IMG/VR virus record: IMGVR_UViG_3300032331_003609
Span: 1 to 64,000 of that record
Length of the DNA stretch: 64,000 nt
Reading direction: 5' to 3' (one strand)
Within the stretch, counting starts at the first letter, position 1, and every line of letters begins with the position of its first letter. The position numbers and the translations under genes are program-made. The notes below the pieces were generated by a model. That model made no database searches, had not been told where the DNA came from, and was given only the letters and a program-made list of their open reading frames with translations. Of this stretch, positions 54,933 to 63,769 are shown one piece after another.

Positions 54933-56435
54933 TTAAGGCTCAAATTTTTGGTTACCACCCCATCTACATGTTGGACACCATGTTTCATAACACCAGTTTC
55001 CGCAATACGTAGAACTACACCAGCATGTTGGATTGTGCATTATACTGTATAGTCCTTCTCCGATATCAACTAAGAATAAATCGGAAGGTTCAAAATCTAA
55101 ACCATAGATTGTTTTGATTGCATATTCCATTTCTAATCCGGTAATTGCTACTGTTGTCAATTCGTTTGTCTCGGAATCTGTTATTACTAATTTATCCCCG
55201 ATGTAAAAATTGTTTACATTTTCAAATCTTGTTTCGGTTGATCCTAATTCTTCAATAAAATATTTACAGCTTGGTGTATCTACCCAAGAAAGTCCATTTT
55301 CTAACGTGATTCTAATATGTATGGTGTCAACTTGTGCTGAAACAATTTCTTGTAAAGATGTGCTTAATTTTGTTAAAGTAGCATTTGCTTGGGCTAAATC
55401 GCAATCCCATCCATAGGTTTGCAAATTCTCTAGATTTGGGGTACCCCCAAGATTCCCATTTAAATCCGTGAATTGTATGGATCTCATATAATCACCTATT
55501 TGAATCGTACTTAAATCCGCTAAAGTTCCGTCATATTTTAAAATTTTGCTATCTTCTTCTAAGTGATAATTCACAAGACCAAATTTTCCTAAGGCCTTTG
55601 TAATGTATTTATATCTGCTCTTCTGCTTAAATTCTCTAGATCCATCTTTAAATTCATTCTGTGAAAATGAAACAGGAAGAACAGCAGATTGCTTATAGCA
55701 GCCCATGTTGATAATATCAATTTCTGAACCATATAGAATATCTATACTCCTGATAACACTATATTTTCCTTCTTCCAGATTCTGAACATCATATACAAAT
55801 TCTTGTAGCATGTTATTTTCCGGAAGATTAAGATTTGATTTCATTGCTCCAAATTCGGTTTCATTCTGGATAGAATAAATCGCGGGAAGTTGCATTGGAT
55901 CATATTGAGGATATCTGTGTTTTTTAATGAGATTTGGTTCATCCACGTTTGAATAGTCAAGAACATCTAATGTATCCAAAGATAATTCTCCTCCAAAGTA
56001 TGTTTTAGGTATAAATTCAGACCCTTCCATTAACTTAAAAAACTCAAATTTGTCTGCACAGTATGTTTCGTCTATTAGTGCTGTTGTATCAAAAGATTGT
56101 CTAAGAATGAATTTATGGTCAGCATCTTCTATATAAGGAACAGTAACGGAATTAGCGCTAACAATATGCGGAATATATGTTATTTCATTCTCCTCACATT
56201 TTTCCTTCAATATTTCCTCAAATCTGTGGGGGAAATTGAGAGGTAGAAATGCTTCGGTATCTGTGTATATGTAATGAAATTCTGTGATGTTATTCAGAAC
56301 CAGCATAGAGAATAAGGGCGCATAATCTAATAAATCTGCACCATTATTATAAATAGTTGTGTTTGTGTTAATCTCTAGAATTTTTACATCTTCCCCTGTT
56401 TGTAATAAATCGCTACCAATTATAGTTGCTTTCAT
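54933..56435 (-). CDS. circularly permuted ATP-grasp-like domain + Hint domain + Cys/Trp-rich C-terminal peptide
   Basis: N-terminal GSDLL...ILEINTN (ATP-grasp D..E.N), then LIKK and MLQEF; Hint-like LEEDSKILKYDG..IQIGDYMRS ... IYGLDFEPSDLFLV...IMHN; then PTCWCSSTYCGNWCYETWCPTCRWGGNQKFEP. Confidence 0.7.
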   Translation of the reverse strand: MKATIIGSDLLQTGEDVKILEINTNTTIYNNGADLLDYAPLFSMLVLNNITEFHYIYTDTEAFLPLNFPHRFEEILKEKCEENEITYIPHIVSANSVTVPYIEDADHKFILRQSFDTTALIDETYCADKFEFFKLMEGSEFIPKTYFGGELSLDTLDVLDYSNVDEPNLIKKHRYPQYDPMQLPAIYSIQNETEFGAMKSNLNLPENNMLQEFVYDVQNLEEGKYSVIRSIDILYGSEIDIINMGCYKQSAVLPVSFSQNEFKDGSREFKQKSRYKYITKALGKFGLVNYHLEEDSKILKYDGTLADLSTIQIGDYMRSIQFTDLNGNLGGTPNLENLQTYGWDCDLAQANATLTKLSTSLQEIVSAQVDTIHIRITLENGLSWVDTPSCKYFIEELGSTETRFENVNNFYIGDKLVITDSETNELTTVAITGLEMEYAIKTIYGLDFEPSDLFLVDIGEGLYSIMHNPTCWCSSTYCGNWCYETWCPTCRWGGNQKFEP

Positions 56436-56467
56436 ATTTTTTTATCTATTTATATTATATATCTGTC

Positions 56468-56773
56468 TTATAAAATCGTCCTAAAATCCTTTATTTTTAT
56501 AATTTTACCATATTTAGCATCGACTTCTTTCCATTTGCCCTTTGGACATGGTTCAGATTCCATACTAAATATCTTCCTATTTATGGGACATCCACAGCTT
56601 CCACAAATTGCTGACCATGATTTTTTTTTAAGTATTTCAGTGTAATGTTCACACCCCGAATTATCTGCATCTCCCTGACATATTAGCAACCTTTCCTGTG
56701 AGTTTGCCCTTTCGATCTCTGTTGGGTTTTTAGACCTTTTCCAAGCATTGAATATCTCTATAAAATTTATCAT
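56468..56773 (-). CDS. small Cys-rich (Zn/Fe-S) protein
   Basis: RLLIC...GCEH...ICGSCGC...K...CPKGKW. Confidence 0.7.
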   Translation of the reverse strand: MINFIEIFNAWKRSKNPTEIERANSQERLLICQGDADNSGCEHYTEILKKKSWSAICGSCGCPINRKIFSMESEPCPKGKWKEVDAKYGKIIKIKDFRTIL

Positions 56774-57498
56774 ATTAATGTTCTATTAGATTTGACGATG
56801 TCATACCTATCATAGATAGAATTATAGCGCGTGATGAATTCGTCATCTAGTTTTAGATTACATTCGAAATGTTGGCTTCCGTTTGATTTTTCCATTTTAA
56901 AAGGCTTACCAATTTTATTAGATACCCATTTTTCTAATTCGTCAAATTTTCCAAATTCGAACCAAGTTATATTAGGGTCGTTGTTGTGCCAATATGAAGT
57001 TGGTCTAAATATAATTTCGAACATATTTCCTAAATATGTATCATATTTTTCATCCATCCCAATTTTTTTTATGAATTCACTGACTGTATTACGTAATGCT
57101 TCTGTAGTAAAAATATCGGTATCTTTATAAAATAGAATATCATTTACGTTTAATTTTTGTAATATAGTACTATATTTTTCCCCATGCTCAAAGTGTATCA
57201 TGTCAATTAAATGCTTCCAGACTGAAATGAATCGTTCATGTCTATTTCTCCTTATTGCAATTATTTCATATTGATCTCCAAAGTGTCTTTTTAGATTTAA
57301 TATACCCTCATGCAGATGAAGCATGATGTCTGCAAGATATTCATTATCCAATTTTAAATCGATGTTAGCATTGTGCTTATCTATGATCTTTTGTTCGCCA
57401 TGCTTTACGTCCAATTCACTACGCAAACAAGATATGTAAAAAGAAGTAGATGCACATCTAGGTAAACTAATAAATAAAAAATTGTTTTCTATTAACAT
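56770..57498 (-). CDS. sulfotransferase-like protein (Sulfotransfer_2 type)
   Basis: FISLPRCASTSF, HLH, IRRNRHERFISVW. Confidence 0.7.
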   Translation of the reverse strand: MLIENNFLFISLPRCASTSFYISCLRSELDVKHGEQKIIDKHNANIDLKLDNEYLADIMLHLHEGILNLKRHFGDQYEIIAIRRNRHERFISVWKHLIDMIHFEHGEKYSTILQKLNVNDILFYKDTDIFTTEALRNTVSEFIKKIGMDEKYDTYLGNMFEIIFRPTSYWHNNDPNITWFEFGKFDELEKWVSNKIGKPFKMEKSNGSQHFECNLKLDDEFITRYNSIYDRYDIVKSNRTLI

Positions 57499-58722
57499 CT
57501 ATATTAAAGATTTTTGTTTTTGTTTGATTCCTTTATTTATTATGTCGTAGGAGAATTTACCAAATGTAATACTAGCTTCATCTGCAAATATATCGGCTAG
57601 ATCTTTTTTTGGTTTAAAATTATACGAAGAATCTATTATTAAATCTAAAGGATGTGGCAAATCCCCTGCTAAATCATTCACTTTTTTCCAAAAATTGGTA
57701 TCTGTTCTATTTGTCAAATAATGATAATAAATAAAAATCATATTTTGTGTATTGATAGAATTAACAAATTTATTATATTTTTCTAAAGTAATTTTTTTGG
57801 AAATAACCTCATTGAATACTTCTAGTTGTAAAATTACAGTCATTATTGAAGTGGCCTCTAATGGCTCTAAAAATCCGGTGCTTAATCCTATTGCCAAGCA
57901 ATTTTCAATCCATACATTTTCGTATGATCCTGGTTTAAATTTAATTTGTCTATTAAATTCAACAGAATGTCCTACCCATTCTATTATTTCTTTTTTGGCA
58001 TCATCTTCAGTAATTTCAGTTGAGTCAAATATGTAGCCACACCCCATTCTTGTCTGGAGTGGTATCTGCCACATCCATCCATGTTTCATAGCGATAGATT
58101 TGGTTGTTGTTTTTATGTCAGTAATCTTGTTTGGTAAAAAAAACGGAATTGCGGTATTTACTTTTAAATGAGATTCGTACGAAATCCAATTTGATTTATA
58201 ATGATTACCGATTAATAATCTTTTAAAACCGGAGCAATCAATAACAAATGATGCATCAATCGTTGAATCTGTTGTCTTAAGCCCAATAATTCTGTTTTCG
58301 TCACTTGCTACTGTTTCGGTTACAATACCTTCGATCCAATTAACCCCCCGTTCGATCGATAAGGATTTAAGGTATTTTGCTAATAATCTAGCATTAAAAT
58401 GGTACGCATATCCTTGGCCTTTTACTTTATAATCAATCGGATGATGATACGCAAGATTAGGCTCTGTCCAATTTTCAAAATCAATACCTGTTTTAAATGT
58501 TGCCTCGCAATTTTTGATCATATCATCAGATGTGATCCCTAGCTCATTTAAAAATTTTACAATATTACCAGTAGTTCCTTCACCCGCACCCAATATTCCG
58601 ATCTCATCACTTTCGATTAATGTTATTTTTGAATTTTTAAATTTACTATTTAAATACAACGCTGACAACCATCCTGCTGTACCCCCGCCAACTATAACAA
58701 TATTATCTAAATTATATTTCAT
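57499..58722 (-). CDS. tryptophan halogenase-like flavin-dependent enzyme (PrnA family)
   Basis: GGGTAGW, GAGEGT, ATFKTGIDF, YHFNA, IDCSGF, GWMWQIPL, GLSTGFLEPLEATSI. Confidence 0.9.
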   Translation of the reverse strand: MKYNLDNIVIVGGGTAGWLSALYLNSKFKNSKITLIESDEIGILGAGEGTTGNIVKFLNELGITSDDMIKNCEATFKTGIDFENWTEPNLAYHHPIDYKVKGQGYAYHFNARLLAKYLKSLSIERGVNWIEGIVTETVASDENRIIGLKTTDSTIDASFVIDCSGFKRLLIGNHYKSNWISYESHLKVNTAIPFFLPNKITDIKTTTKSIAMKHGWMWQIPLQTRMGCGYIFDSTEITEDDAKKEIIEWVGHSVEFNRQIKFKPGSYENVWIENCLAIGLSTGFLEPLEATSIMTVILQLEVFNEVISKKITLEKYNKFVNSINTQNMIFIYYHYLTNRTDTNFWKKVNDLAGDLPHPLDLIIDSSYNFKPKKDLADIFADEASITFGKFSYDIINKGIKQKQKSLI

Positions 58723-58723
58723 A

Positions 58724-59368
58724 CTATATTAACGATTTTTGTTTTTTGATAAATTCAAATCCAACATTTCCAGCTAAAACCATCCTATCCTTTGTTGAAT
58801 CCAGCGCGTGCTGTGGAGAGTGAGGTAGATCTGATTTCATTATTATAAAATCCCCTTCTTTTGGTAATATAAAATATTCGCAATCATCTTCACCTTTAAT
58901 ATACAAAGTGCCATCATCATCTTTTAAATTGTCAGGCATTTGAATATAATATATCCACGTAAAATGAGGTATAAATGTATTTCTTTTTTGATTTATTTCT
59001 GTATGTATGTGGTATTGGCGTAATTCGCTTTCGATATTATAGAATTGTACAGGATTTTTAGCTCTAACTACGTTTACCCAGCAATCTGTACTTATTTTAT
59101 TAAATGGTAAATTATACTCCATTTCGAAGATCTTAATGCATGATTGGATTCCAAAAATTAAAATTTCGTCTAATTTATTTTCAATCTTAATTTCTCCAAC
59201 AAAATTTAAATCATTACTTTCCTCGAAATAACCATAGCCATCTTGTGTGACATTAGGTAAGCCTTCAATAATTTCGTTGCACTTTTTTAAAATGTCATTT
59301 TTAAAATCCAGGAGATTTAATACATCTTTATATAAATACGTGATCCTATCATAGATTATCTTTTCCAT
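58724..59368 (-). CDS. putative 2OG-Fe(II) oxygenase
   Basis: YHIH, WIYYIQMP, GTLYI, PKEGDFIIMKSDLPHSP, RMVLAGN. Confidence 0.7.
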   Translation of the reverse strand: MEKIIYDRITYLYKDVLNLLDFKNDILKKCNEIIEGLPNVTQDGYGYFEESNDLNFVGEIKIENKLDEILIFGIQSCIKIFEMEYNLPFNKISTDCWVNVVRAKNPVQFYNIESELRQYHIHTEINQKRNTFIPHFTWIYYIQMPDNLKDDDGTLYIKGEDDCEYFILPKEGDFIIMKSDLPHSPQHALDSTKDRMVLAGNVGFEFIKKQKSLI

Positions 59369-59373
59369 AAAAA

Positions 59374-59838
59374 TTAAATAATAGATTTGGTTGTATGTGG
59401 TTCTAAAACATTATTTACATTAATTTTTAAATAATATTTTGTACCACTGAGAATTTTATTATTTCCGCATTTAATGTTAGGAAAAAAAGTTATCATATCT
59501 CCTGGTAGATTATTCATATGTAAATTTTTATTAGTTTCCTCATTTAGAAATATAAAATTCCCTCCCTTAAAATCTGAATTTAATACTAGCAATAATGTAA
59601 GATCATACCCGGGTTGGCTTAAAAAAACAGGTTCAGTATTTTCTGTAGATATGCTGTAAAATTTTATATCATTTATAGACATACCGCTCCCGTTGTATTT
59701 CATCTTATTCAAATGCTCTTTTAATTTTTGAGCCAAGAAATCATTGCTGGTGGATAATTCATTTTTAAAATCATACAAAAGACTATTACATTCCTCAGAT
59801 GATATAAAATTTTTTAAACATGTAACTCGTTTTTCCAT
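59374..59838 (-). CDS. degenerate 2OG-Fe(II) oxygenase-fold protein
   Basis: LTLLLVLNSDFKGGNFIF...PGDMITF...GTKY; the metal-ligand His residues appear absent. Confidence 0.65.
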   Translation of the reverse strand: MEKRVTCLKNFISSEECNSLLYDFKNELSTSNDFLAQKLKEHLNKMKYNGSGMSINDIKFYSISTENTEPVFLSQPGYDLTLLLVLNSDFKGGNFIFLNEETNKNLHMNNLPGDMITFFPNIKCGNNKILSGTKYYLKINVNNVLEPHTTKSII

Positions 59839-60401
59839 TATATTAAGTTCTGTTTACCTAATTTTGTTTTAACTAACCCGATCCAATTTACCAAAGAATA
59901 TCGCACACCTTTTTGAATAGGGGTTACTCTATGTACCAATCTTGAATTAAACACATATAATGTTCCAATTTTGTTTTCTATTGTTACATGTTCTCCTTTA
60001 ATATTTTTAATCTCTAATATACCCCCCGTATACATTTCGTTTAGTTGAATTACTATTGACATAAACCTGTCTTTATATACTAAATCCGTGCTATCTGTGT
60101 GCCAATCAAAGTATTCCCCCTCTTTATATTCGGTAAATTGATATTGCCCCAATTTGGTAGCTTCCATACCGTTTATATCGAGAGAGTTCCTTAATTTGCT
60201 TGTTAATCTTTTATTTAAAAATCCCAAATCAGATATCCAACCAACCGACGATTTTCTGTTTATTTTATTAAGGGGTTTTTTAGCTGTCTCACCATATACA
60301 GTGGCAGGTGATAAAATTAATTCTTCCTTGCATTTATTTAAAATGAAATCACATTCTTCTTTAGAAAGAAAATTTTTGAAAATACCGATATAATCGTTCA
60401 T
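59838..60401 (-). CDS. 2OG-Fe(II) oxygenase (PKHD type)
   Basis: QFTEY..GEYFDWHTD, SIVIQLN..YTGG, HRVTPIQKGVRYSLVNW. Confidence 0.9.
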   Translation of the reverse strand: MNDYIGIFKNFLSKEECDFILNKCKEELILSPATVYGETAKKPLNKINRKSSVGWISDLGFLNKRLTSKLRNSLDINGMEATKLGQYQFTEYKEGEYFDWHTDSTDLVYKDRFMSIVIQLNEMYTGGILEIKNIKGEHVTIENKIGTLYVFNSRLVHRVTPIQKGVRYSLVNWIGLVKTKLGKQNLI

Positions 60402-60415
60402 TATTGAATGTAATT

Positions 60416-60748
60416 TTATGTGATATTTCTAATTATTATTGTTAGAGATATGCAAATCCATATGGTATTAAAAGCAACTAATGTTGGCAGATTTTTTTTC
60501 ATAGAAGCCCATATCAAAAGAGAAGAAGTGAGAAGTGTTAAAAAGTGCATATACCAAAGTTCTATTCCAAAAACTAATCCGGGTATAATGATCATGGCCT
60601 TTGTAAGCCACGCTGCAAACTCTATTGTATTATAATCCGTCCAGTAATTCTTATCAAGAAACATTTTATACCTATCAAGTATCTTCCCCCACCCTATTAT
60701 GTAATAGAGTAATATATTAAAAGCAGCAAAGACCAGCACGTATTTCAT
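60416..60748 (-). CDS. multi-TM membrane protein
   Basis: About four hydrophobic segments. Confidence 0.7.
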   Translation of the reverse strand: MKYVLVFAAFNILLYYIIGWGKILDRYKMFLDKNYWTDYNTIEFAAWLTKAMIIIPGLVFGIELWYMHFLTLLTSSLLIWASMKKNLPTLVAFNTIWICISLTIIIRNIT

Positions 60749-60772
60749 TTTTAAACGATATTTAATTATATC

Positions 60773-61252
60773 CTATATTAGGGTTTTTTCTTTCTTTTCT
60801 ATTCCTATATAGAATGAAATTAAACTAAATCTACTTCCCCTGATAACATTTAAAACCCGATGCTTTATTTTTTTATGCAGCATTATGCTATAATTCATTT
60901 GAGGCGTTATTTTTATTTTTTGATTCTTAAAAATATACTCAAATTCACCGCCATCAAAATCTTCATTAATATATGTAACAATGGTTAAATCTGCTTTATC
61001 GTTATGAAAATCGTCATTAATATTTGTTTTATCGGTTACCTTGTTAATCCATAAGCCGCTTAACTCGTAGCCGTTTGGTAAATATTTTGAGCATTTTTCC
61101 TGATATTCTAGCAGATCTTTTTCCGCGTTTAATATTTTTCTAACGTAGTAATTATTTCCATCAGGTACCTGGGTTTCTACAAAATCCGAGCATATCAAAC
61201 CTAAAAAAAGCAGATCCTTCTCTGACAACAGATTTTGGTGTGTGTTAATCAT
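60773..61252 (-). CDS. 2OG-Fe(II) oxygenase
   Basis: FHND, IVTYINEDFDGGEF, HRVLNVIRGSRFSLISF. Confidence 0.85.
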   Translation of the reverse strand: MINTHQNLLSEKDLLFLGLICSDFVETQVPDGNNYYVRKILNAEKDLLEYQEKCSKYLPNGYELSGLWINKVTDKTNINDDFHNDKADLTIVTYINEDFDGGEFEYIFKNQKIKITPQMNYSIMLHKKIKHRVLNVIRGSRFSLISFYIGIEKKEKTLI

Positions 61253-61264
61253 AACAGCTTTTTA

Positions 61265-61474
61265 CTATTTCTTAAGTCCGTACTTAATCCATCTATACCA
61301 AATTCTCTCATGTAAGTAATATTGAATTGGTTTATAGATTAATTCTGCTACCCCAAATGCTGCTCCTACTTTAATGGAACCGCTTATTAACCACATTAAT
61401 AAGAATCCAATCACCGTACTTACTATGCGATATGAGATTGTTTTTGCTATATGTCTTTTTCTTTCTACTATCAT
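61265..61474 (-). CDS. DUF2061-like small membrane protein
   Basis: RHIAKTISYRIVST...YYLHERIW. Confidence 0.75.
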   Translation of the reverse strand: MIVERKRHIAKTISYRIVSTVIGFLLMWLISGSIKVGAAFGVAELIYKPIQYYLHERIWYRWIKYGLKK

Positions 61475-61851
61475 TATCCTTTTGTTTCGTCATAGGTAAT
61501 AGATCCGTCTGGTGTCATATGTCCGGTTCTGATTGCAGTTCCGCTTATCGCCGCAACATCTACTGGTGGTTCATGGTAGATCACGTCATATCCAACCCCA
61601 CGTCCGTAGTTTACACTCTCAATGTCAGGAATTACCGAAATTAGAAGTCTCCCTGTTTGTATGTAATCATTTAAAGCAACCTTTAGTTCGTCAAAAACTT
61701 GTTGGGAAGATTTAGGATTGTTCTCATCCTGCGGGACATCCCTGATTGCAACCCAAACGTTTTTTCCCTGGCTGAATTGTTGGTCTATTAACCACTGATG
61801 GCCTTTATGCCAGTTCTGCCATCTCCCGATATAAAGTGAGTATTTTTTCAT
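61474..61851 (-). CDS. HIGH-superfamily nucleotidyltransferase (NadM/cytidylyltransferase-like)
   Basis: YIGRWQNWHKGH and ISGTAIR motifs. Confidence 0.8.
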   Translation of the reverse strand: MKKYSLYIGRWQNWHKGHQWLIDQQFSQGKNVWVAIRDVPQDENNPKSSQQVFDELKVALNDYIQTGRLLISVIPDIESVNYGRGVGYDVIYHEPPVDVAAISGTAIRTGHMTPDGSITYDETKG

Positions 61852-62285
61852 ATAGATTCTAGATTTAGAAGTGAGATAAGTTCCTCGAGGGATTCTTCAG
61901 GATTATCCCCATTTGTGAAAGTTTTATGATTGCTTACAGGGAATTCAAATGTTCCTACGTGGAATTTTTCTTTCCCCGAGAAATGTGGCCGATTGAAAAG
62001 AACTTCTATCACCTCATTATTCGCTTTTAGATCCTCCCTAATTGCACGATAAGGACAAACCATACTTATCACTACATCATGTCCCTTTTGGCTCATAAAG
62101 CGAGCTATAGTGAACGATTTTTCGATGTTTCTGATCCTTCCAGAGTATGAATAATCGGTATTTGGGAAGATCTCTCTTAGATCATCTCCATCTATCCAAA
62201 TAGTGCTATTCCCAAGTTTTTTTACCAGCCTGCTAGCCATCTCGGTCTTTCCCGTTCCTGGCTGTCCGATGAATAAATAAATCAT
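61848..62285 (-). CDS. cysC: adenylyl-sulfate (APS) kinase
   Basis: GQPGTGKT, IDGDDLRE, DYSYSGRIRNI, VISMVCPY. Confidence 0.8.
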   Translation of the reverse strand: MIYLFIGQPGTGKTEMASRLVKKLGNSTIWIDGDDLREIFPNTDYSYSGRIRNIEKSFTIARFMSQKGHDVVISMVCPYRAIREDLKANNEVIEVLFNRPHFSGKEKFHVGTFEFPVSNHKTFTNGDNPEESLEELISLLNLESI

Positions 62286-62296
62286 ATGCTTAAAAT

Positions 62297-62413
62297 TTAA
62301 TGGTTATATGTAAATGGATCTCTTTTTCTAATTTCTTCTATTTTTTTTAGAAATTCTTTCTTTTTTTTCCTTTTTTGGAAGTAATTTTTAATCCAGTTGA
62401 TTAGTTTTCTCAT
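62297..62413 (-). CDS. small basic peptide (38 aa)
   Basis: MRKLINWIKNYFQKRKKKKEFLKKIEEIRKRDPFTYNH; first gene of the minus-strand operon. Confidence 0.55.
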   Translation of the reverse strand: MRKLINWIKNYFQKRKKKKEFLKKIEEIRKRDPFTYNH

Positions 62414-62514
62414 TGCATTTATTATATTAATTATATATTTTAAGTTTCCCACCCTATATGGCATATTATTTCGGAATTTTATTGCATTTTGCTCTAAAAT
62501 ATTAAAATATAAAT

Positions 62515-63741
62515 ATGGTCTGGAATTACAAAGACACATTGCTAGTTCACGTTGAGCTTTCTAATATGTGTAATGCTGCTTGTCCGCTTTGTCCAAGATA
62601 CGTGAATAACTCATTAAGAGTCAATCCCGAGCTTGATTTGGGTAGTGTTTCATTAGAAGATTTTAAAAAATGGTTCCCCTTAGATTTTGTTCAGAAAAGT
62701 AAAAGCTGGATATTTTGCGGAACCAATGGTGATCCTATAATGGCAAGGGATGTTTACGAAATACTGGAATATGTACTTCGCAATTCGGAAGCGAAGGTTC
62801 AGGTAAACACTAACGGATCCATCAGAGATGGGGAATTTTGGGAAAAAATGGGAGCATTATTTGCAGAACCCTGTGTCAATAGTAGATACGTTGTTTTTTC
62901 AGTCGATGGATTGGAAGACACAAATCACATCTATAGAAGAAACGTCAAATGGGATAGGGTGATGGAAAATATGGGAGCATATTCCAAATCGGGTTCTACC
63001 GGAATTTGGGATTTTTTAATATTTAAACACAACGAACATCAGTTAGATGAGGCAGAGGCACTTTGTAAAAAAATAGGATTAGCGTTTTCTCCAAAAAGAC
63101 CTTTCGGGTTTGAGACAGGAAACCCAGATGAATATCAGGATCTAATGGTTTATGATTTAGATGGCAATTTTTTATACAGGATAGAACCTGCTAGCGAAGA
63201 GTGGAGATTAAACAGATCCCTCAATAAATTTCAAAAAGGGGAAGAAAAAATATGGGTTCCCGGGAAGGAGAAAAAAAGTAAGGATCAGACAGAAGAAAAA
63301 TGGAACGGATTAATAGAAAGAGATCTTCCTAAATATCAATTTCCAGAAAGATTCAAGGGAAAATCTGTTAGCTGTAAATCATGCCATCCTATAGGAAAGG
63401 AAATATACGTTGACTGTAAGGGTAATGTTATGCCTTGCTGTTTTGTAGGAACAATGTACAATAGTGATTTTCAACACCACGAAGCATTGCAGATCAAAAA
63501 GCACTTACAAGATTGGGGGTTAGATAAAATAAATTTAAACAACCATTCTCTTGAAGAAATATTAGACAGCAAGTATTTAGACGATGTATTTGCAAATAGA
63601 TGGGATGGTGCTAAAAAGGATGAGGATAAAATGGGATATTGTTTCAATACATGTTCGGTTGATCATATGAAAGACCTTTTCGTTAGAAAGGAGGAATTAC
63701 CTATATCCCCGGAAAAACACGAGATAAAAAGTCTTATATAG
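62515..63741 (+). CDS. radical SAM protein with SPASM/twitch domain
   Basis: CNAACPLC (CxxxCxxC), GTNGDP, SVDGL; C-terminal C...IYVDCKGNVMPCC...CFNTC. Confidence 0.9.
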   Translation: MVWNYKDTLLVHVELSNMCNAACPLCPRYVNNSLRVNPELDLGSVSLEDFKKWFPLDFVQKSKSWIFCGTNGDPIMARDVYEILEYVLRNSEAKVQVNTNGSIRDGEFWEKMGALFAEPCVNSRYVVFSVDGLEDTNHIYRRNVKWDRVMENMGAYSKSGSTGIWDFLIFKHNEHQLDEAEALCKKIGLAFSPKRPFGFETGNPDEYQDLMVYDLDGNFLYRIEPASEEWRLNRSLNKFQKGEEKIWVPGKEKKSKDQTEEKWNGLIERDLPKYQFPERFKGKSVSCKSCHPIGKEIYVDCKGNVMPCCFVGTMYNSDFQHHEALQIKKHLQDWGLDKINLNNHSLEEILDSKYLDDVFANRWDGAKKDEDKMGYCFNTCSVDHMKDLFVRKEELPISPEKHEIKSLI

Positions 63742-63769
63742 AGGTATTTTTTAGTCGATATATAAAAAT

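Noticed and set aside
55032-55565. Classical splicing intein or mobile element
   Set aside because: No N-terminal Cys/Ser, no TxxH His, +1 residue is Pro, and there is no homing endonuclease; at most C-terminal cleavage
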